Of a stretch of DNA of 64,000 nt, positions 23,022 through 32,732 are shown piece after piece (position 1 is the stretch's first letter; each line of letters starts with the position of its first letter). Source of the stretch: an uncultured delta proteobacterium (GTDB lineage: Bacteria; Desulfobacterota; Desulfobacteria; Desulfobacterales; QNYZ01); assembly GCA_963845145.1 (NCBI GenBank), contig CAWJQU010000013.1, positions 1 to 64,000 of the forward strand, written 5' to 3'. Below the pieces are notes generated by a model that was not told the DNA's origin, did no database searches, and saw only the letters and a program-made list of their open reading frames with translations. The translations under genes and the position numbers were made by a program.

Positions 23022-23201
23022 GATCCGGTGGAGCCGGTAAAGATCAAATCATGCGGAAATTCGGAGTGTGGTTGGCTTTTTATAGATAAAAGTAAAAAGA
23101 AGTCCCGCCGGTGGTGTGACATGGCAGATTGTGGTAATTGGGCCAAGGTAGGTCGTTTCTATCGAAAAAGGAACGAGCATCGGACGCGTCTAAAAATGTA
23201 G
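23022..23201 (+). pseudogene. Isolated CGNR zinc-finger domain (C-terminal fragment of an ABATE/CGNR protein)
   Basis: Translates [43 protein letters not shown]; no N-terminal domain and no good start or RBS; absent from the ORF track. Confidence 0.75.
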
Positions 23202-23221
23202 AACGGTTTAACCCGTTACAT

Positions 23222-23605
23222 CTATTTATCTTTCAATAATTCCTTTAGATTGGCAAATGGAAGATTTCCTGAAGCCTGGTTTTGGGTCTCGGCCGGTGTT
23301 TCGTTATCATACCAATCCGCCACTTGATCCCGCGCATGTTCATTTTCGTGGCAATAGATGCACAGGAGCTCCCAATTGCTGCCGTCCGGCGGATTGTTGT
23401 CGTGATTGTGATCCTTGTGGTGAACGGTAAGCTCCCGAACTTTTTTCCCGGAAAATTCACGCCCGCAGCGGGCACATATCAACGGAAACATCTTGAGTGC
23501 TCGACCGCGGTAGGTCTTTTCCTCTTTCCGGCGCTCTTGTTTAGCCTCGGCGATGAGATCGTCCAATGTATTGGGCGGATTTGGGCCACTTTTTTTCAAT
23601 GGCAT
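23222..23605 (-). CDS. yajD: YajD-family HNH nuclease
   Basis: YR.RALK..P.IC..CGREF....RELTVHHKDHNHDNNPPDGSNWELLC.YCH.NEH. Confidence 0.9.
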   Translation of the reverse strand: MPLKKSGPNPPNTLDDLIAEAKQERRKEEKTYRGRALKMFPLICARCGREFSGKKVRELTVHHKDHNHDNNPPDGSNWELLCIYCHENEHARDQVADWYDNETPAETQNQASGNLPFANLKELLKDK

Positions 23606-23692
23606 GGGATTCCCTCCGATTTTTCTGTAAAAATTCCTTTTTTCTCAACATACTATCCCTTTTTAGGCAGATCAATAATTTTGCCGTTGCAT

Positions 23693-24388
23693 TTAAGGAA
23701 TGGATTTAACCATGAAAGTGGTTGAAGCTGACCCAATATATTCTCCCATTAACAGCCTGTTTTTGGGCGTGATATCGTCGGGAATTTTCTGGGTCACAAT
23801 TCGGTATCCTTGTGACTTTAGCTTCAGTGCTCGTATTGTATCAACGGCAAGGGTTTTATCCATCCATCCGTCCAGACCTTCTGTGGAAGACCTTTTCAGG
23901 TCATGACAGCAGGGCAGAACCGCTAACCTTGATTGCCGTTCCACGGCCTTATCAATAATCAGATCGGTTAAAGTGCCGCAGGCATGGGCGGATACCACCA
24001 GGTCTTCGGGCCGGATAGTGATTTCCTGGACAGTCGTTTGTTTGTAAATGATTCTGTTTTTTAGCCTCGGCCAGGATTTAATCATCGCCTTTGACAATTT
24101 TTCTGCATTCAAAGGGATTTCGCTGTCCGCCGCGATGGCGGTTTTTGAACTATCGTCAAGGATAAGCATGATATGCGCCAGAAGTCCATGGCCGCAGGCA
24201 AGATCGACTATCCGTCCCCCCCGGTATCTTCGCCGTATCCTTTTTGCCACTTCCCAGGCTTCATGGAGTTCTTTCCTGGGAAGCGTTCCCGCTCGGCAGA
24301 CGGCCCTTGCAATTTTATCGAAAAGGTTATCGCCTGGAAATATATGCTGCTGATGGGGCATCAGTCTGTTTTTTGAAGATTTCTTCAT
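23693..24388 (-). CDS. SAM-dependent methyltransferase (Methyltransf_32-like)
   Basis: VDLACGHG, HACG.LTD, LPCC and TPKNRL motifs. Confidence 0.85.
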   Translation of the reverse strand: MKKSSKNRLMPHQQHIFPGDNLFDKIARAVCRAGTLPRKELHEAWEVAKRIRRRYRGGRIVDLACGHGLLAHIMLILDDSSKTAIAADSEIPLNAEKLSKAMIKSWPRLKNRIIYKQTTVQEITIRPEDLVVSAHACGTLTDLIIDKAVERQSRLAVLPCCHDLKRSSTEGLDGWMDKTLAVDTIRALKLKSQGYRIVTQKIPDDITPKNRLLMGEYIGSASTTFMVKSIP

Positions 24389-24488
24389 ATTCCTACAACA
24401 TTGATTGGTTGTGTTTTCAAAAGCTATAATATCAAATTTTCCTTTTTCCTTCTTTACTTTCAGATGGAAACTCTAAAATATCGGGAAG

Positions 24489-24953
24489 TTATTGCAAAAA
24501 AGCCTTCTCTCGCCAGTAGACGTAACTACTCCCTAACAAAGCAATGCCTATGCTTATATCTAATAATGCCACACCAATTAAAAAGGGGTAGTTGGCATGG
24601 GCCAGCCTGGATAATGTTGCACCGACCAGAATCATTACGATTAAGGCCACGATGAAGCCTGGACTGAAAAACTGCCATATTTTAGGCCGGTTCAAGGCGG
24701 CAATCCTATTGAAATTCCTTTGGCAACTTTTACTGAAAAGAAATTTTGCCTTCAAACTTCCAAAGAACACTCCCCCAGCAGACGCCCACCAAGGCCAAGA
24801 TTCTCCAGGCCTCATTGCATTTGCCTCCAGCAGCAGACCACTGCCTTTCAGCAACAGCACAACGCCCCCGACAACCCACACAAAAGCGGCTATTTTCCAA
24901 AGCGAACGGCCTGAAACCGCTAAAAGTGGCAATCCATTAATATTGTTGGGCAA
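24489..24953 (-). CDS. Conserved 4-TM membrane protein (start uncertain)
   Basis: Four hydrophobic segments; W...G..L, K..F.F and RI...P.IWQFF pattern. Confidence 0.7.
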   Translation of the reverse strand: MPNNINGLPLLAVSGRSLWKIAAFVWVVGGVVLLLKGSGLLLEANAMRPGESWPWWASAGGVFFGSLKAKFLFSKSCQRNFNRIAALNRPKIWQFFSPGFIVALIVMILVGATLSRLAHANYPFLIGVALLDISIGIALLGSSYVYWREKAFLQ

Positions 24954-25407
24954 AGTCGCGGCTCCAATATATTTTTATGCGGTTGCGGTGGGTAATCGTG
25001 AATCCCAAAAGAGTATACCATTAATTTTTGCTGATTAAGATGATTTTTCATGATCATCCCACCATCTATTTATAGGAACCGACACTTTAATGGAAGGGGT
25101 CCCGATATGCCAATATGCCAGGATTGATAACCCATAAATTTTTCCACATCGAGTTGTGTCGATATGGTTGTGTTGGGCGTTTCTCTTCTAACAGTTTGTT
25201 TTTGCATCTATAAATGGGAAAAAGTCTTTGTTATAAAAAAACCAATATTTAGGTTGCTTTCTATTCAAACAGAGATTATTATATATTAAATCAACTAAGT
25301 CCCAGGTAATCTGTGGGACAGTTTCTTTCTGAAGGAATAAACCATTTATCAAAGTGGCACCCTCCAGCTTGCGACGTTGAAATTTATTATGAAAGGAGGA
25401 TGTTATT

Positions 25408-25608
25408 ATGACCAATGGAACTGTTAAGTGGTTTAGCGACCAAAAAGGGTTTGGGTTCATTGAGCAGGAAGACGGCGCTGATGTGTTTGTTCATCATTCA
25501 GCGATCAATGCAGAAGGTTTTAAATCTCTCAATGAGGGCGATAAAGTTTCCTTTGATATTGAGCAAGGACAAAAAGGTCCTGCTGCTGCAAATGTCACTG
25601 TGATTTAA
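25408..25608 (+). CDS. cspA: Cold-shock protein
   Basis: GTVKWF..KGFGFI and DVFVH.S.I motifs; AGGAGG RBS. Confidence 0.97.
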   Translation: MTNGTVKWFSDQKGFGFIEQEDGADVFVHHSAINAEGFKSLNEGDKVSFDIEQGQKGPAAANVTVI

Positions 25609-25627
25609 GCTTGTGTTCTGAGTAAAT

Positions 25628-25668
25628 AGGGCATCCCTTCTAATGTCGAGGGGGTGCCCTTTTTTTTT
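25628..25668 (+). terminator. Rho-independent terminator of cspA
   Basis: GGGCATCCCT...GGGGGTGCCC stem followed by T9. Confidence 0.85.
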
Positions 25669-25758
25669 CAAGTCGAAAAAATCTAACGCAAACATGCGCA
25701 ACGTCTCATTCGCTTCACTTTTTTTGAGTACGTTGAACCTCAAGATCGCCCGTGCTTA

Positions 25759-25914
25759 GGGTTCGTGTAAAAATAAGTTCACAGTTTTAGGTGTTGAGGC
25801 GCCGGCCTGGCAAGGCGTGAAAGTGCAGGAATATCGAGATATTCCGAGCTTTCGCAACGTCGCCAGACAGGATGCATCGGCGCTTAAAATGTGAAATTAT
25901 TTTTTCGCGAGCCC
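25759..25914 (+). mobile_element. 156-bp palindromic MITE/ERIC-like element, copy 1
   Basis: GGG...CCC ends, imperfect inverted repeat over the whole length, centre GGAATATC-GA-GATATTCC, flanked by TTA on both sides; near-identical inverted copy at 62132-62297. Confidence 0.88.
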
Positions 25915-25965
25915 TTAGACCCTTTTCTTACTGTCCACATAAAAAACAGCCTGGGAGGTAACAGC

Positions 25966-26154
25966 TTGGCAAGATCAAACTATAACTTTAAAAAACGTCA
26001 AAAAGAAATAAAAAGAATGAAAAAGCAAGAAGCAAAACGACTTCGCAAGATGGGTCAAACCGATATAGATACAGAGGAAAACCCTGACCAACCTCAATCC
26101 GATCAACCTCAACCCGATCAACCTCAAAATGATGAAGAAAATCCGTTAGAATAA
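25966..26154 (+). CDS. Small protein with a basic N-terminus and acidic tail (about 62 aa)
   Basis: GGAGG RBS then TTG at 25966: MARSNYNFKKRQKEIKRMKKQEAKRLRK; tail has three xDQPQ units from a 15-bp tandem repeat (26083-26127). Confidence 0.7.
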   Translation: MARSNYNFKKRQKEIKRMKKQEAKRLRKMGQTDIDTEENPDQPQSDQPQPDQPQNDEENPLE

Positions 26155-26386
26155 AAGCCGGTTAAAAAATGGTGTACCCCTCTCAAACATGCTTTCGCTC
26201 GAACTGATCGCAGAGTACACCCAGCAAATTTTCCATAGTTGCCCCTGAAGCCCAGCAACTGGGATTTCTGGAATACGCCAAGGGAATTTGAAAAAAATAG
26301 ATATTTCAAATATTTAAGCTTTAAAAACCTTGGGATGAAAAGCGGATGATCGAATCTGTCGAAGGCGGGCTTTTAATATTGACAGG

Positions 26387-26986
26387 TTATATTTCGCTTA
26401 AATTCGTTATAATGGCTTTTTCAGAATATTTTCCCTCGATATCAGAATAAAATGCTCTGATATCCTTCATGTCCTGTTCTATGTCGCCACTGAGTGCCAC
26501 CACCGGACCGATTCCACCTGTTTTACTTCCAAAATCGAGAAATCCAAGCACCACAGGGACATTGGCGCCATAGGCAATGTGGTAAAAGCCGGATTTCCAT
26601 TTTTCGACCCTTTTTCGTGTTCCTGAAGGCGGTATCGTCAGAATTAACCGATCCATTTCAGAAAATTTTTCGACCATTTGTTCGACGACATTTTGAGAAC
26701 GGCTGCGGTCTATCGGGATTCCACCCAACCATTTGAAAAGATAGCCGAAAGGTTTTTTGAAAATGGTATCCTTTCCCATCCAGTAAAGTTTTGCCTTTAG
26801 CTTAAAGGCGATAAACATCATGATGGGAAAGTCCCAGTTGGATGTATGGGGCGCGGCAATCATTACGAACTTGGGGATATTGGGGAGTTTTCCTTCAGTA
26901 TGCCATCGGGAAATTTTGAGCAATAAAATAGACATCCAACGAATTATATTTCGCACTACCGGTGTGTCAAAAATTGTATAATTCAA
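26387..26986 (-). CDS. Lysophospholipid/1-acyl-sn-glycerol-3-phosphate acyltransferase (PlsC-like)
   Basis: APHTSNWD (HxxxxD), GGIPIDR, P.GTR and WKSGFY motifs. Confidence 0.9.
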   Translation of the reverse strand: MNYTIFDTPVVRNIIRWMSILLLKISRWHTEGKLPNIPKFVMIAAPHTSNWDFPIMMFIAFKLKAKLYWMGKDTIFKKPFGYLFKWLGGIPIDRSRSQNVVEQMVEKFSEMDRLILTIPPSGTRKRVEKWKSGFYHIAYGANVPVVLGFLDFGSKTGGIGPVVALSGDIEQDMKDIRAFYSDIEGKYSEKAIITNLSEI

Positions 26987-27105
26987 TGGGTTAGCCTAAA
27001 TAAAATTATTTTTAAACGAACTTTGGCAAGTACATGTCCATAACTTAAAAATAGTAGCGACTTTATAAAAGATTTACAACCCAATCTCACGAATTCCGAA
27101 TATCA

Positions 27106-28656
27106 TTAGAAGAAATACTTGGCTTCAAAAATCAAGCGGTCGTTTTCGTCAACCGCTTCAAAGATATCCCCGGATTGGTATATAATGATACCCCCCAGGA
27201 TGCTAAAGGCATCCGTGACGTCGTATTCCAGGGTCAGACGTTCGAAGGCGCCTTCATCACCGTTAATGCCGAAAAGATTGGCGAGGATCGTTAGGGTGAG
27301 GGTGTCGTTAAGAAAGTTACGGGTGAGTCGGATAGCGGATTGAGATTCATCCTCGTTGACGCCATCAGGCGATTTTTCGAGATCATCATCGAAGCCCAGG
27401 ATATGACGATCGGCTAATTCAAGGCTGAGGGTGGTATCTTTGAGGCCGGTGTATTCGAATCCAACAAGCCCATCAATCCGGGAGAATTTTTTGTCCCCGG
27501 TATTAAAGTATTGTAAGTCTGTGAAATAAGCGGCCTCGGTTTTCAGCAGCCAGTTTCCATATACGATATTTAACGCGGTACCCAGCATATGAATGCGATC
27601 ATGGGTCCGGCGGAAAGCGGGCATGGGAAGGTTTTGGATCATTTCCATGCGGGCTGCATCGTTATGAGTATTGGCCCAGTACAGAGACATGTCCCAGCCG
27701 CTGAAAATGCCATTCAGCGCAGCAGCAAACTCGGTGTTCTCCAGGGTGTTGTTGGGTATATCTTCATCCGGTGGCGGGTTGGGAAAGGGGTAGAAGTCGC
27801 TACCGAACGCAGGGAGTTTGTCGAACCGGATCTCATGAATGGCAACGCCGGTAAAGCTGAAATCTCCAAAATAATAATCCGCCCGTGACATGGCCACCGG
27901 CAGGCGCAGATCCTCGATATCGGTCAGGCCCGGCTCACGAAAATCCAGTGGGTTGAGAACATCGGTAATGCGAATATTGTCGGATTTTCCCCATACCACG
28001 ATTTGACGGCCGAGTTTGATGTCGAGATTTCGGGTTAGGCTACCCGATACATAGGTATCCCGCAATTCCAGTTCCGTCTCATTGTTGTCCAGTATATCTT
28101 CGGTATAATCATCGCGGTCGTTGATTGCGTAAGCTGTGTCATAATGTCCTTTGCCGCTGATAAATACTTTCCAATTCGGGGTGGGTTTGAATTCGGCCTG
28201 TGCCAGCACCTCAGCCCGAAGCTTCGACAATCCCCGCCAGTCGGTTTCACCGGCATCCGGCGCCCCATGACGGTAGTTGTAGGTGCCGGCCAATTTTAGA
28301 TAGCCATCCAGTGAAAAAGGCAGTGTGCTGACGGCAGGGGCGGAGGAACCCGTTTTGGTGCTATCCGCCGCATCATCAAAGCCTTCAAGGATATCATCAT
28401 CGCTTTCAGCCTTTTTGCCAGGCGCTTTTTTTTCTGTATCCTCGAAGCCGTCTAACACATCATCCAACCCGATTTCGGCGTTTTCCGTATCACCAAACCC
28501 GTCGAGGAGATCATCTAAATCGGGATTGCTATTTTCCGCCTTATCTTCAAACCCTTCAAGAAGTTCCTCAAGGGGCTTATCATTCTCACCGAAGGAACCA
28601 CTTGGTAGCGCGTAGATGGCGAGCAGGAAGAAGCACAATGTTATGACTGTTTTCAT
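27106..28656 (-). CDS. Outer-membrane beta-barrel, DUF1302-like, with acidic N-terminal repeats
   Basis: Signal peptide; ELRDTY, GRQIVVWG..D...TDVLNP.D; alternating beta strands; C-terminal YFF. Confidence 0.8.
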   Translation of the reverse strand: MKTVITLCFFLLAIYALPSGSFGENDKPLEELLEGFEDKAENSNPDLDDLLDGFGDTENAEIGLDDVLDGFEDTEKKAPGKKAESDDDILEGFDDAADSTKTGSSAPAVSTLPFSLDGYLKLAGTYNYRHGAPDAGETDWRGLSKLRAEVLAQAEFKPTPNWKVFISGKGHYDTAYAINDRDDYTEDILDNNETELELRDTYVSGSLTRNLDIKLGRQIVVWGKSDNIRITDVLNPLDFREPGLTDIEDLRLPVAMSRADYYFGDFSFTGVAIHEIRFDKLPAFGSDFYPFPNPPPDEDIPNNTLENTEFAAALNGIFSGWDMSLYWANTHNDAARMEMIQNLPMPAFRRTHDRIHMLGTALNIVYGNWLLKTEAAYFTDLQYFNTGDKKFSRIDGLVGFEYTGLKDTTLSLELADRHILGFDDDLEKSPDGVNEDESQSAIRLTRNFLNDTLTLTILANLFGINGDEGAFERLTLEYDVTDAFSILGGIIIYQSGDIFEAVDENDRLIFEAKYFF

Positions 28657-28703
28657 CAGAATCGTTACCCTGAAAGGTGCGCGTAAAAAAAAATCGTTTT
28701 AGA

Positions 28704-29525
28704 CTACAACCCCTTTTCCATTCGCCGTACTGTAAATATATCCTCATCAAGATCCTGGTTAAACTTTACATCATTGAACTTCAGGACGGTTTTGTGGACC
28801 ATCTGCTTTCCCTTTTTTTTGGTGACATGCATTTCGGTGGAGACCCATATCCCGTCAATCTCCTCCAGTTTTTTCACATCCACATATTTGAGATAGCCAC
28901 CGTCCTTGACCCAATTGATGGCCCTTACGACAACGAAGTTGTCCTGGCGCACAATGAGTATAGATTTTTCGTAGCCGGTTTCTTCAATTACTTTACGGCT
29001 CCTGGGAATCGACTCAATCAGCCAAGCTTTTTGGCCATATACTTCCATCTCTTTTTTGAGCGTGAAATCAAAGTCTTCCAGATCGCGGGATGTCATGTCT
29101 GAATAGTTAAGATCGGACCCCATGAAACTGCTGCTTTTATCGGACGAAGCGATGCGTTTGGTCTTACGAAGGGCCGGCAGGTATAGCCACTGGTCGTCAT
29201 CCTTGTCCGAGTCGTCATAATCCACGGTTAAAAAGGCGGTGTCTTTTACATCTGCCGGATGCTTGAAGAACATCAATCTCAAGGTGTCTTCTTCCTTGTC
29301 TTTTGCAAAAGCGGCGATTTTTCTTACCCGCTGGTTATTGTGTTTATCGATGAGAATCATCTCCATTTCAGACGTCTGATTGTCGCCATCATTCCGATCT
29401 TCCACCTTCTGCATGATCTCACGGGCCTTTGGATCATCGGCAAACCCGTGGGGTGCTATGAGAAATATAATTGATAGTAGTGTCAAGATCGATGCTGCAT
29501 GTTTAATATAAACGGTATACTTCAT
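28704..29525 (-). CDS. Periplasmic LolA-like (outer-membrane lipoprotein-sorting) carrier
   Basis: Signal peptide; F..PADVK.TAFL and DDQWLYLPALRK.KRI.S...SFMGSD..Y.D. Confidence 0.9.
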   Translation of the reverse strand: MKYTVYIKHAASILTLLSIIFLIAPHGFADDPKAREIMQKVEDRNDGDNQTSEMEMILIDKHNNQRVRKIAAFAKDKEEDTLRLMFFKHPADVKDTAFLTVDYDDSDKDDDQWLYLPALRKTKRIASSDKSSSFMGSDLNYSDMTSRDLEDFDFTLKKEMEVYGQKAWLIESIPRSRKVIEETGYEKSILIVRQDNFVVVRAINWVKDGGYLKYVDVKKLEEIDGIWVSTEMHVTKKKGKQMVHKTVLKFNDVKFNQDLDEDIFTVRRMEKGL

Positions 29526-29543
29526 GATTTTCTCCTGTGGGGT

Positions 29544-32009
29544 TTAATGATCCGGTGACCGTTTTATGATATCCGACTTTATTATAACCGAAGGGGTTAC
29601 TTTTTTGTTCACTAAAACCATCAGGGCTGGTGCAATCAGATAATCCGATGCCAGAGCCAGGATGATGGTGATACCGGTAAGCACACCGAAGTTGATAATA
29701 TTCTTCATGGTGGCGAACCCGAAAATAAAAAAACCGATGGAAAGCACCACCGAGGTTACCAGCATGGCCCGACCTGTCGTGTGAAGGGTCTCGTGAACGG
29801 CTTTTATCGGGTCGCCGCTTATTTCATAGTAGCGTCGGAAATTATGCATAAAGTGGATGGTATCGTCCACCGCAAGGCCTATGGCGATACCGGCCACCAT
29901 CATCGTAAACAAGTCCATAGGTAGCGACATCCAGCCAATGATACCCATCGTAGTGAGTATCGGGAAAAGATTGGGAATCATGCTGAGCAAACCAATGCGC
30001 ACCTTTCCAATCAGCAACACCATCAGCAGCGTAATAATGACCAGGGCGACAGCATAGCTTTTAATCATACTCGAGATGGTGTTGGTGAGAATCTGGCCGA
30101 ACAGCATCATCATACCGGTAATCTCAAATTGTGTATCCTTGAACTGATCGCTTAAATATTGCCTGACTTGCGACAGCAAGGGCTTGTATTTGACGGCATC
30201 CACAAAGGGCATCTTGAGGGTCAAGCGGGCCTTTGAGAACCGGCTGTCCACAAAATCTTCCAAGTCGTCCGACCCACTGTTCTCGAACAGTAGCAATTCT
30301 TGCGAGACGAGATCCGGATCCTGTGGAATGACATAAGCTTCGGGACGATCCTCGTTCAAAGCCTGGTTGGTCTCTTTTAATATGGTGGTCACTGACCAGG
30401 CTTTGCCCACAAAAACTTCGTCAGCTTTCATCCCTTCAAAGCGTTTACCGGCTGTGTCTATCCGTCTCAACAGATCCGGATCGTGTAACCCGTTCTCTTT
30501 GTTTGTGTCCAGCACGACTTCCATGGTGATGGAACCGTTGAGTTCCTTGTCGATGGATTCCGTCGCGCGCCGGATTTCATTGTTCACCGGAAACCATTTC
30601 AAGGGTGCATGCGAAACATGAATGTTTGTGATACCCCATGCCGCAAGAGACAGTATCAATGCGCCTGCGGCAAGAATCTTCACCGGGTGAGTCGTGGAAA
30701 ATCTGGCGGTATTTTCTAAAAATTTATCCATCAAGCGGGTATTATTCTTAAGTTTTTCGCTTTTTGATGCACTAATGGGAATAATGGACAGTAGGGCAGG
30801 TAACATGAAAATCGTAAAAATGAACGCCAACATGATACCGATGCCGGCAAAAATTCCGAGATCCGCCACTGGTGCTACGTCAGCTGTAGAAAAGGACATC
30901 AATCCGGTTGCGGTGGTCACATTGGTCATGACCACGGCCAGGCCTGAGTGGCCCAGGGCATGGACAATGGCTTGATGCTTGTCATGGTTTTCACGCAGCT
31001 GGTGGTAGAAAACAGCCAGGATATGCACCGAGGTACCCACGCCAACGGCCAGGATGAAAGAGGGAAGAATCTGGGTCGGGACCTTAAACGCCACACCCGT
31101 CAAGCCCATCAATCCCAAGGTGCATAGAAAAGAGAGCACCACGATCAGCAGTGGAAACACAACCCCGGTGATGCGGCGGAACATAATATATAATAAGATA
31201 CAAATGGCGATGACGGCCATGCGCATGAATTTGGCCATATCGCCCATCATGGACTGCTTGAGGAAATGGGTGACTACGGGTGAACCGGCCAGCTCAATCC
31301 GCAGATCATCACTTCGATACCGGTTGATGATGTCATTCACGGCAGCCACGACTTCCGTGTTTTCCTCATCGGTCAGATAGGTCGGCACCACCGTTTCCTT
31401 GGTAGCGGGCCTGTCATCTTCAAACCCTTCCATGATATCCCCGGCCATGATATCCCCGGCGCTGGCGGACGAGGAGTGGCTTTGGGTACGGATGATGACG
31501 GTGGTAAAGGTCCCATCTTCTGATAAAAGCAGGTTCCGGTAAATGGGATTGGACATGGCCCGATCACGGATGATATCAAGTTGCACTTTATTTTCCGGCC
31601 ATGTTTCCAGCAGGTCTTCCACAATGAGCCGATCCCCTTCGCCCCGGGTGTTTCGGGCGTTGATCAAGCTGTTGATATCATCGATATAGGGCACATTGTC
31701 TTCGAGTTCCCGGTGGAGTTTTTTTAAGATAGCCAGAAATTCCAGGTCGAACACTTTTTTGGGTTTGAGGGCGACGATGACGGCTTCATCACGGCCGAAC
31801 TGATCCCTGTAATCGTTGTAGACCTGCAGGGCGGGGTCATTTTTGTGCAGAAAACCTTCTGTGGAAGTATCGACGGTGATATGGCGAATTTGTGAAACGA
31901 GTGCAGCGGTTAAAATGAACATCACCACCAGGGTTTTGTATCGGTGCCGATATATTACATCGGCTAAGCGCTCAAATCCTGTTTCGATGCGATGCCTGAT
32001 GTCAGACAT
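29544..32009 (-). CDS. MMPL/RND-family lipid transporter 1
   Basis: Two RND repeats; GLAVDDTIHF, GRAM..TS and LASD....PAL motifs. Confidence 0.93.
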   Translation of the reverse strand: MSDIRHRIETGFERLADVIYRHRYKTLVVMFILTAALVSQIRHITVDTSTEGFLHKNDPALQVYNDYRDQFGRDEAVIVALKPKKVFDLEFLAILKKLHRELEDNVPYIDDINSLINARNTRGEGDRLIVEDLLETWPENKVQLDIIRDRAMSNPIYRNLLLSEDGTFTTVIIRTQSHSSSASAGDIMAGDIMEGFEDDRPATKETVVPTYLTDEENTEVVAAVNDIINRYRSDDLRIELAGSPVVTHFLKQSMMGDMAKFMRMAVIAICILLYIMFRRITGVVFPLLIVVLSFLCTLGLMGLTGVAFKVPTQILPSFILAVGVGTSVHILAVFYHQLRENHDKHQAIVHALGHSGLAVVMTNVTTATGLMSFSTADVAPVADLGIFAGIGIMLAFIFTIFMLPALLSIIPISASKSEKLKNNTRLMDKFLENTARFSTTHPVKILAAGALILSLAAWGITNIHVSHAPLKWFPVNNEIRRATESIDKELNGSITMEVVLDTNKENGLHDPDLLRRIDTAGKRFEGMKADEVFVGKAWSVTTILKETNQALNEDRPEAYVIPQDPDLVSQELLLFENSGSDDLEDFVDSRFSKARLTLKMPFVDAVKYKPLLSQVRQYLSDQFKDTQFEITGMMMLFGQILTNTISSMIKSYAVALVIITLLMVLLIGKVRIGLLSMIPNLFPILTTMGIIGWMSLPMDLFTMMVAGIAIGLAVDDTIHFMHNFRRYYEISGDPIKAVHETLHTTGRAMLVTSVVLSIGFFIFGFATMKNIINFGVLTGITIILALASDYLIAPALMVLVNKKVTPSVIIKSDIIKRSPDH

Positions 32010-32013
32010 AAGG

Positions 32014-32649
32014 TCATCCTTTTTTTAAAACGGTATTTAAAACGTTCTCGACAACGGTGTCTACGATGTTATCAGGCAGTTGCACCAGATCGGGCGCCAT
32101 TTTTTTTTCCTGGATATATCGGCGGATTTTACTTTCCATTCGGTTGAAAAATAGCAGCGGGCCCAAGGTGCTGAAATGGACAGCCAAGACGCTCGTTTCC
32201 CGGAAAAGACCGGCATCCTGACCCTGGATCAATACCCCGGATAACAATTTGAAAATCCGGGCAAACTCCATGATCACACTATCCGGCCAGTTTGCCCCGG
32301 CAGAGGCGATTTCGCGCAGCATGATGGACGGTAGATAAGGGTTGTGCTGCATTGTTTCCGCCATGGTCCTGACAAATCGTTCCAACTTCTCCCGAGGCCC
32401 AGCGCCTGCATCTATTTGCGAGGTCATCCGGTCCGCCACACTACTGAAGATTCGTTGGAGAACGGTGGCATATAGCGACTTCTTGTCGCCAAGGTGATAA
32501 TAGATCGTTGCCTTGTTGACCCCGGCGCGACGGGCAATTTCATCCACCCTGGCACCCGAAAATCCCTTTTCACTGAACTCCACTATGGCTGCATCAAGTA
32601 TCTTGCCGGAAGTATCATCCTTGTTTTGTTCAATTTTTCTATTGTTCAT
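32014..32649 (-). CDS. TetR/AcrR-family regulator
   Basis: ILDAA..EF..KGF.GA.VDEIA..AGVNKA.IYYH; start placed at ATG 32649. Confidence 0.93.
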   Translation of the reverse strand: MNNRKIEQNKDDTSGKILDAAIVEFSEKGFSGARVDEIARRAGVNKATIYYHLGDKKSLYATVLQRIFSSVADRMTSQIDAGAGPREKLERFVRTMAETMQHNPYLPSIMLREIASAGANWPDSVIMEFARIFKLLSGVLIQGQDAGLFRETSVLAVHFSTLGPLLFFNRMESKIRRYIQEKKMAPDLVQLPDNIVDTVVENVLNTVLKKG

Positions 32650-32704
32650 GGAAATTATACTCCGTGGCCAATGCAACCCATTGATTAAACCAATCGACTA
32701 AACT

Positions 32705-32728
32705 AACTGTTTGGTTAAACTGTTTGGT
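32705..32728. promoter_or_regulatory. Candidate TetR operator (AACTGTTTGGT direct repeat)
   Basis: AACTGTTTGGT at 32705-32715 and 32718-32728, just upstream of the TetR gene. Confidence 0.4.
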
Positions 32729-32732
32729 AAAA

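Noticed and set aside
23222..23605. HNH nuclease as part of a defence or mobile system
   Set aside because: It is a typical stand-alone YajD-family gene with no associated defence, phage or intron features.
25891..25965. ORF-track N-terminus MKLFFREPL (also MKLFLREPL at 61715-62155)
   Set aside because: Both starts come from the end of the repeat element; the real small gene has an RBS and TTG at 25966, and the other is antisense to the HD-GYP gene.
26083..26127. CRISPR-like or other non-coding repeat array
   Set aside because: Three contiguous in-frame 15-bp units with no spacers; no CRISPR array or cas gene was seen anywhere in the window.
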